Source: Euprymna scolopes
Taxonomy: Eukaryota
NCBI GenBank assembly: GCA_053919585.1
Contig: CM132787.1
Length of the DNA stretch: 64,000 nucleotides
Strand: one strand, 5' to 3'
The notes beneath the pieces were generated by a model. The model was given only the letters and a program-made list of their open reading frames with translations. It did not search any database and had not been told where the DNA came from. Positions 49,671 to 62,200 of the stretch are shown here, piece by piece (position 1 is the first letter of the stretch; every line of letters starts with the position of its first letter). Made by a program: the position numbers and the translations under genes.

Positions 49671-50669
49671 ACTGGAGGATAAGTATATATTGTCAATAAA
49701 TACACTGTAATGACTTTATGATGTTATCGGAATCTAAATTTGACTTGGATGTCAGGTAGGTATTCTGACATGGCAGATGTAAATTTATGTTGCTTCTTTC
49801 GTGACCTGATGAAAATACAAGAAACAAGAAAAAAATATAGTGAATTTCATAATTTATTCAAAAATTAGTGGTGCATTTCAGTGCACAGTATACAAGTGGG
49901 ACACAAAATCCCACTTTTTGTAAAAAATAGATAAAATGCAATAAAACCAAGTAAAACTGCAAAAAAATCCGTCATAGTAATTTTTTTATCTTTAATCATT
50001 CACTGACGTATAATTAGATAACTAAATATAAGAATAAACTACTAAAAATGAAATTTTATTTACTTTTTAGCCATAAATATTCACACATCGACAAGTAAAC
50101 CCGTTATAAAGATGTGTCGCAGTTTAAAGAAAACTCCTCCCTTTTAAAAAAACAAAAAAAACAAAAAAAACAAACAAAAAAAAAAACAACACCCATTATT
50201 AATAGCGGTCGATGAACGAAAAAACCTCCCACTCTCCTCTCATAGATTTCTCCACTCCCACTTCCTCTATTTCTTTTACGTGCGCGAGAGAACCAAGTTT
50301 CACCCCCTTCCTCTCTCTGATAGACAGATTGGACGTTTTTTTTGCCCTTAGTAAACAACTCTTACCACTACCAACACCTCCCACTCCCTCACAGTCACCA
50401 AACCTCTCGCATCACCCGCGTGCTCGTGCTTAAATAACACATCGTCATCATCATTCAAAGAACTTTTCAACACCTTTTTTTTTCATTTTCAATTCAAGGG
50501 ACAAATAATCCCAATCTGCTCGAAAGGGTTAAGACTGTGAGACTTTGTCCCATTTTATATATTCAGGTTCTCAACTGTCACTTTAATTTGGTTTGCCTAT
50601 ATTCAGTGCATGTCCAGGGTAAAGTGGCGGGCCGGATGTGGCCCGCGGGCCGTAGGTTGCCGACCCCTG

Positions 50670-50825
50670 GACTAGACCATCCCCCCTCGAGAGTGAGGGA
50701 GAAACGAAGAAAAACATTTAACAAGGAAAAATGTTAAAACAAACGTGAAAAGCGCCTTGAACCTAGCCAAATGGCCCAGTGGCGGATCCCTTCCAAGACA
50801 ATCGGACAAGAGCTAAAGTTTCGTA
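50670..50825 (-). mobile_element. 5' end of a further Tx1 element, cut off by the hAT
   Basis: Resembles 59040-59211 (tagac...gagggagaaa, gccttgaacct, aaagttt..gctg). Confidence 0.6.
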
Positions 50826-50829
50826 GCTG

Positions 50830-50854
50830 AAGAACAGATACTACACTTTGATCT
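50830..50854 (-). other. U2 snRNA-derived fragment (retrotransposon target remnant)
   Basis: Minus strand AGATCAAAGTGTAGTATCTGTTCTT matches the conserved U2 5' region containing the GUAGUA branch-point recognition sequence. Confidence 0.85.
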
Positions 50855-51151
50855 CATTTATATATTTTATTGTTTAAAGAAAAAATTGGAAATACAAAAC
50901 AGTACAAACAAAAATTTCAAAAACAACAAAATTAGGCACAAGGCCCTATAAGAAGTTGGGGAGGGGAAGGGTACAGGGTCTTTGTGACTAGAAAAGCAAT
51001 GATGACTTGGAGTCTTATTCTTGACTGGCAACATTTACCATAATACCTCATTCACTCTATGGATCCTAATCTAACTAGTAAATCCCAAGCGTTGCGAATA
51101 AAAAAACATATATACAATTTGTAAAGGCTTATCTGTATGTATGTGTATGCA

Positions 51152-51183
<32 letters not shown>

Positions 51184-52862
51184 ATAGTGTGTGTATGTGC
51201 ATTTGTGAGGTGACAAAAAAGTCCAATTTCATTGGTAAAATAAAGTTTTTGAATTAAATGTGTATCAGCTGGTGGAGTGGGGAAAGCTAATGAAAAAAGT
51301 TCAATTCAAACATAAAATATAAATCCTACTGGGTTGTTAGTATTGACCCCCCCCCATACTATTCTAGCGGCTAGATCCCCCCACTGTTTTCCGGGGAACC
51401 GAAAACAAGCAGGGAAATCCCTATAGAGGGTTGGGGAGAAGCCTTACTAGCAATGGGAGAAAACAAAGCAGTGGGTGGAGGGGTCGGTCGGTGACCTCTG
51501 AGTGGTGGGGGAGGATCGGGATTTATCCAAAACAAAGATGTGATAAAGGGGAGCGGGTAGACTCGGGGGTTTTTACCACCAGTCAAGAGTCTCTTTACTG
51601 AACTATGCTAAACTAAGCGGGATGGGTTCCGAAGGACTCAGCACCGCCCGTGCCATGCTTAAGGAGGTAACACGTATTGAAACTTGGCTCCTCGACGGAT
51701 GCACTAACTAGTGCTGTGCACCCACCTCTTGTCAAATTCCACTCTAGGCAACCTCCTCCAATCGCATCTGATTTTTACTTTAAGCAAATGTTTAAAGTAA
51801 ACAATCAGATCCCGATCTGGAACAGATGTCCCTTCGCGGACCAACTTGAGGCGCTAAATCCAGATCACCATACGTGCTACTGCTAGGATCGCCAGGAAAA
51901 CCATACTTTCCTCCCTGGGGAACGGCGGCTACATGTTGTAGACAAAATATCCTTCGTCGAGATCGAGCGGACACTCGGCATCGATGCGAGCCGCTACCTC
52001 TCTGACGTACCCCAATAAGGGCTGTATCCGGCTGCAACTAAAAAACGCGTGCCCGATCGTTTCGGGCTCGCGTTCGTCACAGCAAGGACAAAAGCACCTC
52101 GTATGTTCTTTATACCGGTAGAGTCCGTCGAAAAGGGGAAGAGCATTTCGGACTAGTCGCCAAGTAAGGGAAAATTCCGAGTTGTTCAGAATCTCCCGTC
52201 CCGGCGCCCAACTCCAGTGAGAACAGACAACCTCCATCGACCATCCCATCCGCCTACAAAGTCCCCTCCACTAACTCTCGATATAATTTCTTTCTTGGCT
52301 GATCGAGGACACTGGTCCCCGGCAAAGCTCAAAGAGCGGTCCGGCATTCGGAGAAGAACTTAGACTCCCTCCTCGGTCTACGACGACCTTCTACCGAGGG
52401 GTTGGGTTTGAAATTGGGAAACCACAGGGACCCAAGGAGCGTCTTCAAGCAAACGACCCAGGAAAGCCAATCTCTCGGCGTTTCTATGACACAAGAGACT
52501 GGGGTGCCCCAGTCCTCCCTCGCTTGGACTCCGAACACAGACCTCTCTGCAGACATAATGCTTACCCTCGTTCCACAATAGTGAATCGAGGCGCCCTTGT
52601 AAGCGGGTTAGTCGTTCTGCAGGGAGAGGAAGTACAGACAAACGGTAAAGGATTAGCAGAAAGACGTATGTAGAACACGCCTCCGCCCGACCCTTCAAGG
52701 ACAATTTCTTTCCAATCCAAGTCTTCACCGACGATTTGACCTTAGACTGTACTTCCGACCAATTCTTTTCCAGCTGAAGTCCCGGTCCAAACCAGACACC
52801 GAGAATGCGGAGCAGTCCATCGGTTCAGCTGAAAATACCTGGAAGCGAGTTTACCCCGGTCC

Positions 52863-53477
52863 TGTTGGGATTTGAATATCCCTGGAAATAAAGTTCAACT
52901 CTCACACATGAGAATGTGGGAACATGTCGATAAGTCCTTAATCCGAAATAAGACGAGGGCAATGTGCGAAGGAACACAACACAGTTATTAACAATTTAAC
53001 AGTTTTAATGAGAAAGAAAATATGCACATATGTACAAGATAGAATAATACAGAACGACCAAATTAAGTGGATGGAAGTAAGAGAAGATAGTTAATTGTTG
53101 CGAAAACGTATTCTGCTAGACTTATCTGAAGAGGAGTCGTGTAACATTGTTGACATGCGCTTCCTCGCTTCGTTCGTTCTGGCTCCTTTTCGTTGGTGAT
53201 ATCTCGGTTGCAATTCAAACAGGGCTAGCAGGTTCCATCCTGACTGCCACTCACGCTGGTTGAAAAGCAATTGGAAAACTGGCAGAGCTACCGTCGAGGG
53301 TGTGTGATCCGCAAATCCGGATGAGATGAAAAAGAGGCCGCGAAGCGCGCGAGCAGGGGTTTTCTAAAGCCCCTCATGTGATTCCCAGAGGTGTGGGGAT
53401 GGCTTCCCTAATCCACGGGCTGACAGGGGTTAAAGCAAATTTAATCAGCAGGAGCTGTACACAAATTAATTCCAATA
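52863..53477. mobile_element. Probable solo LTR, 615 bp
   Basis: TGTTGGGA...TTCCAATA termini with 4-bp TSD GTCC; Tx1 resumes exactly. Confidence 0.65.
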
Positions 53478-55065
53478 GTCCAGGCCCCCAACCGCAGGCC
53501 AACAGACTTGCTATTCCCCACGACCTTATCTATATTGAGATTAAGGATTGCATTCCTATCACCCATTAAAACTACCCGTTCCGGATCCACTAGGAAGCCC
53601 TCCAACCGTCGAAAAAAGGATACCCTCTCTACAGCAGAATTGGGAGCATAAACAGCGACAATCCGAAAAACACTGCAATTAACGGTAACATCAACAACGC
53701 CCCCCGTCCTCGTCCGCGTGAACAACATTCACCGACGCTGTCAGGGTGCGATTTACTAACAAGGAGATTTCACGACTATGAGTATTGCCATATGCTGAGT
53801 AGACATTGAATTCGCCTGCCAGCACCTGACAATCCCCGTCACAAACAAAGTGGGTCTCCTGAATAGCTGCGATATCTACCTTAAGGGACACCAGATCTCT
53901 CAGCACGCGCGAGGCTTTGCTTCGACATCTCATGCCCCTCACATTCAATGTAGCTAGGTTCAAAGACATGATTAATGCATTTAAACAGTGTCACAAACGG
54001 GACTAAAGTCTTCAGGAGTTAGGACGTGACAGGTTTGGCCGAGGCTGCCCGTGAGCTTTTCGGACGTAACTTGTCCGCCTCTTACCACACTTTCCACGTC
54101 CAAGGGAAAACTTAACTTTAGTGCCCTGTAAAAAGAAGGGTGAACATAAAGAGGGATCCTACCTTCACTCTTTGCTGCCAGCTGCTTCAGAGAGGGGTGA
54201 TCTTCCTCTACCAGTCGCACCTCTGTGAATGCTTCCTTGGCTGGTCTCACCATCTTCCACAGGGCCTTGGTCCGCTTACCTTTGTCGGTCCTAACAAAGG
54301 TCATCAGTCGTGGGGTGTCCGAGAAGTTTCTGGGGTCAGCGACTATTTTCCCCTGATGACCTCGCATTGGTTAAGCCTCACCAGCTGTGACCTCTGGTTT
54401 CCTTTGAGGTCTGGGAAGGGTTGTAGCGCGTCAGGCTCGCAAATCCTGTCTCCCAGCAGGAACGGTAGTTTGCGTGACCGTTCCATACGCACAGGGGGCA
54501 AGAACTTGGCGTCGGTTTTGCTCTGTTCGCCAGGCGCCTCCTCCTCCTTATCTTTGGCTTGGCCGTCCGCTTCTTGGATGGCGGGGGAGCTCGTTTCGGC
54601 CTGCATGGGGGTGGGAGGCAGAGGGACGTTTGCTGATTTAACATCTGGCCTCTCACTCTTGGTGTTGATGGAGGAGCCCCCGCGCAGGGGACTGAGTGAA
54701 CTACCCCTGGCTTTCTTCCTTTTTGCCTTCCGCTCCCTTCTGTCTTTACGTTCGGTGTTGGCTACTGCTGCCTCTTCCTCCGACACCGTCTCCTCTTCAG
54801 ACTCCAGCAGCTTCCTTTTGCCTGTATTGGAAGCTGCGCCTTCCTCATTACTTTGCTGTACCGCGACGGTGGTCTGTGATGCTTCGATAGACTTATTGTT
54901 TCTGCTATTGGCACCTCGGCTGATGGTTGTCTGGTGGAGGAGATGACCGTTCTGGTTTTCCCCTTCGTTACAGTGGTCCATCCATCGCTGGTTCCTGGCA
55001 TTGCTGGCTTTGCTGTTGCGTTGGTGGCACTTGTTTTGTCAGCAGCAGTTCTTGCTGGGACCTTT

Positions 55066-56100
55066 ATCGCAACTTTAACCTAGTAACAGTCAAAGCTGAT
55101 CACGTAAGGCTTCTTTAAGTAGCAGCTTAACATATTAGGAGATAAAAGAAATAGAAAGAAAACAATGCAATTTTTAAGTAACACACAAATTACATTTAAT
55201 AACAGAGAAGGAAAAAAAAAATGAAAGCGAAATGTTCTTTTTTTGAGTCCTAATATTCAAAGTTTATTCTTATAACATCGACTGAAAACTCGTGGGTGTA
55301 GAACCCATAAAAGGAGGGGGCTGCATAATAGTGTCCCATTATGCCGCTCTTAACAAGCCATTTAACAGTTAGAGAGAGCATCAATAATTAAAGGAAAAAC
55401 TTACTTTGTAGAATATATTTTTTGAAGGATAGGAAAGAAAGAAAAAAAAAAAAGTCCACCATCCAATGTTGTTGAATCGCGATTACTTCCCTTGTATCTT
55501 TACAAGCACGATTTTCTTACTGCAAATGTTTCTTTTTTAGAAAACGTAATTTCCGTAGATAGGATCTTTTTCTTGGTTTTCCATTCAACACAATTTTTCC
55601 TTAGCTAGCAGCATCCGTCTAGCTCTCCGTTGATTACTCGTGGCTCTCGCGATCTTGCCTGATTGTTCATGCCTTTGTGCTTTAGGCATAGTTACTCTTC
55701 TTCGGCACTTGTTCTACAGTCTTTTCGAACAGTTCCTGTTCGAGACGTGACACATCCGTATATTCTCGGCTTCTTGTCTGCGTCTCCATTAATTATCCTT
55801 TTTTAGGGCTTATCTGCCCGACCTGAAACACGTCCCATTCCTAGGACTGTTGTTTCAAATTCCCGAGTCTACAGACATGTCTGCTCATTACAAAATCTTG
55901 TCTGCAACTGATTAAATTGGCGGTTTATTCGTATTTTGGCGGCAAAATCCTCTTTCCAACCGTCAACTGAAATTCAACACGCGCGACATCAGCAGCAGCT
56001 GTTAAAGTTTCATAGGAAGTGAGGGGGTGGAAAGGAAAGAGAAAGAAATGAAAAGAGAAAGAAAGGGACAGCCTAAAATTAATTTCTGACACTTTGGCTT
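55066..56100. mobile_element. Unclassified 1035-bp insertion in Tx1 ORF1
   Basis: 8-bp TSD GGACCTTT (55058-55065, 56101-56108); no TIRs seen. Confidence 0.6.
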
Positions 56101-56611
56101 GGACCTTTTTGGGGCAATCCTTAGCCATATGGCCCTGCTGCTGACACTGCCAGCAAATTGGCTTTCTTCCCTCCTCGCATTTTAGCATAGCTGGGATCTT
56201 GTAAAATTGCTCCGTGTTTAGGCGCATTTCCAATTTGTATTCTCCAGTGGGGATGTTTCTCTTCCTCTTAACAGGAACCACCGACTCCACATCCCCATAT
56301 TGACTGAAGACTGCTCCTATGTGTTTAGGCTCTAGGAAGCAAGGGACTTTGAGAACTGATACCGTCGTTTTTCTCCGACTCATATACTCCGCCTGGAGCT
56401 TGATGTTCTGTGAGCGGAGCTGCGATTTCTTGGTGATGGTCTCTACCTCTTGCTGAATCGGGAGCAGGATGTCATACCTGGCGAAGCTTTTCCGGCAGAC
56501 GTACCTGACTGGGATGTTCAGTTCCAGCAGTATGTCTACCATGGTATCTTTTCCGATACCCGCCAGGCTTTTGGTTCTGGTGTCGGAAGTAATCAGGGAG
56601 ACTATTCTTTT

Positions 56612-57640
56612 TGTGACATTCGCTGTTGGGTATGTATATAATTAATACATACAAACTCGGGAAGGACCGATCAGCGAATGCGCTAAGCTATGGTTCTCCC
56701 TTCTAGAATGCAAAGCGCGCTGAGATTAGATGGAATAATGTTTCCATTGTGATATTTTATATACATCAAATAACAAAGAGAAAAAAAAAACCAAACAAAC
56801 GGCGGATTATATTTTAATTCCAAAATTACGGGTGCATCACGCGTGATTCTTCTTTTATTATTAAATCTAGAAAATATGGAGAGGGAGATTCTCTTGGTTG
56901 TTTTTTTTTTTATATAAAAAAATGAAATGTCACATTACTCATTTATATATATATGCCAATTCAATATATTGATGCTGAAATAACAATCAATCATTCGCAC
57001 ATTAAATCAGAACTTGATTCCTTTTCTCTTTTTTTTTTCTTATATATAAAAAATGAAATGTCACATTACTCATTTATATATATATATATATATATATGCC
57101 AATTCAATATATTGATGCTGAAATACTAATCAATCATTTATTTTTTTTGTGTTCATAGTGCATCTGCACTTCATGATATAGAAAAGAGCAAATATCTGCA
57201 AAACGTTCTAGATCTCTTCCGAGAGTCATATTGGTTGCTTTCTCTCTTTTTTTCTTTTTTTTTTTTACGTAATGAAAACCCCCGCTATGAAAAATTCTTT
57301 TTCATACTTGTCATATCGCCTTCTGCGTTAAAAGAAAAATGCCTGTATTTACCTTAGGTTTTCCAGGTTCATATTCCTCTTTTTTTTTTTTTATCTTGAT
57401 GGGGTTAAATCGGTAATTCCTTTTTTTTTCTAATTCCCACGTGGTGCGCTGCGTCTATCCCATTTTCAATCTTCCCGGCAACTGACTTTCCATTTTTTTT
57501 TTTTTTGTCGCCTTAGTTATTTCCCTTGGTCCTCGCTCCTGCTGATATTCTTTCTCTATGTTCTCTACGTTCTCTCTCTCTCTTTTGCCAATGTGCCGTT
57601 TCGACGGGTTTGTTTATCTTTTTCGTACGGGCCTGTCACA
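56612..57640. mobile_element. Probable solo LTR, 1029 bp
   Basis: TGTGACA...TGTCACA termini with TSD TTTT. Removal restores DMKKRIVSLITSD in ORF1. Confidence 0.7.
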
Positions 57641-59215
57641 TTTTCTTCATGTCTTTGACGGAACCCGGAAGTGGTTGAATGGTATTACCGTCCGTAAACT
57701 CTTTGTATGTCGACTCGAATAGCTCCCTGTATTCATCAGGTGTCAGCTGGGATTGTGGACCCCAAGATGACCCCTCTGCTTGGCTGGAGGATGCAGTCGC
57801 ATCTTTACTCTCTTGCTTCTGCTTCTGCGGCTGCTTGGGAGTTGCCTGTTTATGCTGGGAAGTCAGAGATGGCCATTCCATGCTGGTGAGTTGGCTAGCC
57901 TCTGTTTCCCGGGATTCTCCCTACTTGCTCTTGTGTGGGGACTTTGTTCCTGATGACACAACTTCAGTAGTCGTTGTGGCAGGAGCTGATGAGTTAGGGC
58001 GACTCCCCTCCTGGGTAGCTGACCGGGGTTCGTTATTGGGTTCCCCGAAGAGGACCTTAATGGACTTAATGGTGGAGTTTATGATGTCCAGGGTACTCTC
58101 CGCGGAATCCTTTTATTGGTTTTTCTCCCCTTGGGTGGAGTTGACCATTGGGGGAGCAGGACTCTCGTTTTTGGTAGGAGTCGCGGGTAGGGTTCGAGGG
58201 ACGTGTGCCGTAACCATTTGAGGGCTGCCTTTCCCGGTGATTATGGCTTCACTCTTTGGTTCCTTCCCTCTTTTCTGGGGTGTATTGCTCCCCTCCTGGG
58301 GAGCAAAAACTGAGGCTTCTTCCTGCCTTGATGTAGGGGACTGCAGGGCTCCAGTTACCACGGGTTCTGGAAGCTTTTCCCTACTCGTAGTCTTCTCTGG
58401 TGGGGAGTGGTCCTCTTGGGGAGCTGAGACCGCACTTGGTGCTGCTTTGGTTATAGTGTCCAGGGTCGCCGCGGGCTGCGGCCCTACCCCGCCAATTTTT
58501 TTCAAGGTTGCCGCGGGCTGCGGTCCTACCTTACTGTCCACAGGTCCTCTCTCGTATTCTCCACTGGCCCGGGGCCGGGATTTTACTTCCTTTTCCATGG
58601 ATTTTTCAGGGAGAGCGATTCTCCGCATTTGGGGTGGTAATCCCCGCCTGCTCGGAATCGTGGAGGGGGTGTTGGTCGCTGATGCAGACCAGGCTTTGGA
58701 GGGAGGAAAAAATAAAACAGTACGGGGGAAAAAGGGGATGGCCAGGGGCGAAGAGAGTTGACCTCCCCTTGCGGGGAAATCTGGTTAGTCAGCTCGATCC
58801 CCTCTTGAGACGAAATGGTGGCTAGCGGGTCTGAGTGCCGCGTTGCAATTAAGGAAAGAGAGGGATTGGCATCTCTGCCCAGAGAGAAGGCAGAAACGAA
58901 GGTATAAACCCCAAAACCCTTTCCTCAAACAACCCCAACAGGAAACAACAAAGAGACCCGGTCTGCTCAATCCAACGGGAGAGCAGCGAAGGAAGACAAA
59001 GACTAGCGGGTCAGAGTGCCGCTAGCAATTATGAGGGAGAAGTAGACATTCCTCCCAGAGAGAGGGAGAAAGGAAGAAACCTTAAAACTAAAAAACTTAA
59101 AACTAAACCTTAAAACTATGATCAAGGTCCTGACTCCCCAAAAGAGGGGGTCTGGTCCTTGCAGACATAAAATGCCTTGAACCTGGTAATTGAAGACCAA
59201 AAGTTTTGTATGCTG

Positions 59216-59241
59216 AAGAACAGATACTACACTTTGATCTT
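59216..59241 (-). other. U2 snRNA-derived fragment between tandem Tx1 elements
   Basis: Minus strand AAGATCAAAGTGTAGTATCTGTTCTT. Confidence 0.85.
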
Positions 59242-62200
59242 TATATTTAATTTATTTCGTTTAAAGAAAAAATTAAAATTAAAAAAATTCCAATATAAAA
59301 TTAAAAAATTTACAAAAGTAAACTCTCCAAAAAACAAACAAATTTAGGCACAAGGCCCTATAAGATCGGGGGAGGGGAGTGTTGCAGGGTCTTTGTAACT
59401 AAAGTAAAAATGGAATCTTTGGCGACTTTACTCTTGACTGGCAACATTTACCACAATACCTCATTCACTCTGGAATCTAAAGCTAACTAATGAAAACCCC
59501 AGCGTTTTTGCAAAAAGGATATATATACAATTTCTGTGTGTGTGTTTGTGTGTGCGCGCATTTTTTTTTTTTTTTTTTTAAATAATGTGTGTGTGTGTGT
59601 GTGTGTGTGAAAAAAGTTCAATTCATTGGAAAATAAAAAGTTCTTGAATTTGGAAGAAAAGCAGTTCATGTTGGTGAGTGGGAAGTATAGAAAAAATATA
59701 CAAAAAATAAAATTAGTGCATTGTTAGTAAGGTCCCTCCCTGAGCTAATCTAAGTAGTTAGATCACCTACTGTTTTCCGGGGTACCGAAAAAAAGCGGGG
59801 AGATCCCTAGTGGGGATTGGGAAGAAATCATATCGGGTGTTGGGAGTAAAATAAATAGATTGTTAAAAACAAAAAGGGGGAATATATTAGGTGGCGACCT
59901 TCGAGTAGGGGTTGGTCAGGGGATGATAGAACAAAAAGATAGGGGGGGTAGTGGTAGGGTAGCCTCGGAAGGTTCTCTAGTGCCAAAAAACAAACAATCA
60001 AGGGACAGGATCTCATTTGTACCACCAGTCAAGAGTCTCTTTACTTTTTATTTGTCTAACCTAGCGGGATGGGCTCCGTAGGATCCAGTACCGCATGTGC
60101 CATGCCTATGGTGGTAACACGAATTCAAACTTGGCGCCTCGTCGGATGCACAAGCTAGCGTCATGCACCCACCTCTTGTCAAAGACCACTCGAGGCAACC
60201 TCTTCCAAACGCATCTGATCTTTACTTTAAGCAGATGCTTAAAGTAGACTATCAGATCCCGATCCGGAACAGATATCCCTTCGCGGACTTGCTTGAGGCG
60301 TGTGATCCATATGACCATCCTCGCTACTGCTAGTATCGCTAGAAAAACCATTCTTTTCTCCCTAGGCAGCGGCGGATCAATGTTCTCCACAAAATATGAT
60401 TCGTCGAGTTCAAGCCAGCGCTTGGCATCGATGCGAGCCGTTACCTCGTTGACGTACCCTAGGAGGGTCTTGAGCCTGCTACAGCGGAAAAAGGCATGAC
60501 CGACAGTTTCTCTCATGTCTTCGTCGCAGCGCAGGCAGTAGACCCGGGTTTCTTCATTGTAAAGGTTGAGTTCCTCAAGAAGGGGCAGTGCGTTCCGGGC
60601 AAGTCGCCAGGTAAGGGAAAATTCCGAATTTGTAAGAAAGTCCCGTCCTGGCGCCCAACTCCACTGGGAGCGGACCTCCTCCAACGACATCCCCATCCGT
60701 TTCACTAGCGGTTCCTTTTTGCTACACCCCACTAGCTCCCGATAAAGCCTGTTCCTAGACTGTTCGAGGACACTGGTCTCCGGCAACGCTCTAAGTACGG
60801 ACCGGCATTCGGCGTAGAATATTTGTTCCCCCCTCGGTCTCCGCCGTGGTCAGGTGTGAGATTGGAAAACGAGCTTTCAACTGCAGTGACCCATGGAACG
60901 TCTACGTACAACGAACGGCTCAGGGAGGCCAACCTCTCTGCGTGCTTGTGACACAGGAGATCGGGCAGTCCCAAGCCTCCCTCACTCGGATTTCGAACAC
61001 AGACCTCTCTGCAAACATAATGCTTACCCTCGTTCCACAAGAGTGCGTCGAGGTGCTCCTGTAAGCTGATTCGTCGTTTTGCAGGGAGGGGAAGTACAGA
61101 CAGACGGTAAAGGATGAGCGGAAAGACATATGTAGCACACGCCTCCGCCCGACCCTTCAAGGACAATTTCCTTCGAACCCAAGTCTTAACAGAGGATTCG
61201 ACCTTGGCCTCTACTTCCTACCAGTTTTTCTTCAGCTGGAGACCCGGTCCGAACCACACACCAAGGATCCGGACCGGGCCGTCAGTCCAACTGAAGATGC
61301 CCGGAAGCGGATTTACCCCGGTCCAGGCACACTACCGCAGACCCACCGACTTACTGCGATTGAAGACGGCCCCCGTAACTTCTTCATATTGAGCGAGCGC
61401 CTCGGTGACCACTTGAATGTCCATGGGGCAAGACACGAACACGGTGACGTCATCGGCGAACGCGGAAACCCTGGCTTGTGTGCCTCCAGGGAGAGCTATT
61501 CTGTGCAGGACTGGTGTAGTCGCCTCGTCCCTTAACTTGCGAAGGACGGGTTCCAACGCCAGGACGTACAAGAGAGGCGGCAGCGGACAACCCTGTTGCA
61601 CCGACCGGGAGACGGCAAAAAGACTCCGACAGCTTACCGCTGATCTGCACCGCTACCGTCGGCCTGTCATACAGTACAGAGATCCACTTGCGGAAGTCCA
61701 GATTAAATCCGGCGGCCTCCACCACAGATCCCAGGAACCTATGGTCCACCCTATCGAAAGCCTTGGACTGATTCAAACTGATCAGCGCGGCCTCGGCGTC
61801 GTCTTCTGTCCCCTCTATGATCGTGCGTATCAGATGAAGATTGTCCTGAATCGATCTCCCCTTTACAGCATAGCTCTGGTCTGGTTCGATCAAGTCAGTG
61901 ATGACAACCTGCAACCGATTCGCAAGAACCTTGGCCAAAATCTATAACTCTGTGTTTAGCAGAGTCAAGGGCCTGACATCGTCTAAATCTTCCTCCCCAC
62001 CATGCCGTTGACCTTTCCTCAGCAATGTGATCACTCCCTTGGTCACCTGCCGGCAATACGTATTGTGGCTGGGATTCCGTAGAAACCCACCTTGTCGACC
62101 ACCATTTGCACCTTGTAATCACCGGTCATTATGTTTCGTTGACCGCGACAAGGTGTTACCTCCTTCACATCCCCATACTGACTGAGGATTACCCCCAGCT

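Larger units (their letters stand above)
46926..50669 (-). mobile_element. hAT (Buster/Charlie/SPIN-like) transposon, degenerate
   Basis: TIR CAGGGGTCGGCAACCT at both ends; flanks GTGTACAA and GACTAGAC (both nnnTAnnn but unequal). Confidence 0.88.
50855..59215 (-). mobile_element. Tx1-clade non-LTR retrotransposon (Keno-like), degenerate, with three nested inserts and an RT deletion
   Basis: 5'UTR; ORF1 with CWQCQQQGHMAKDC knuckle; APE (TLNVRG, IQETH, VYAPN, GDxN) 53520-53969; ORF2 C-terminus 51650-52860; 3'UTR; U2 fragments on both sides. Confidence 0.85.

Noticed and set aside
50826-50860. Functional U2 snRNA gene
   Set aside because: Only about 25 nt match; the U2 5' start, Sm site and 3' stems are absent.
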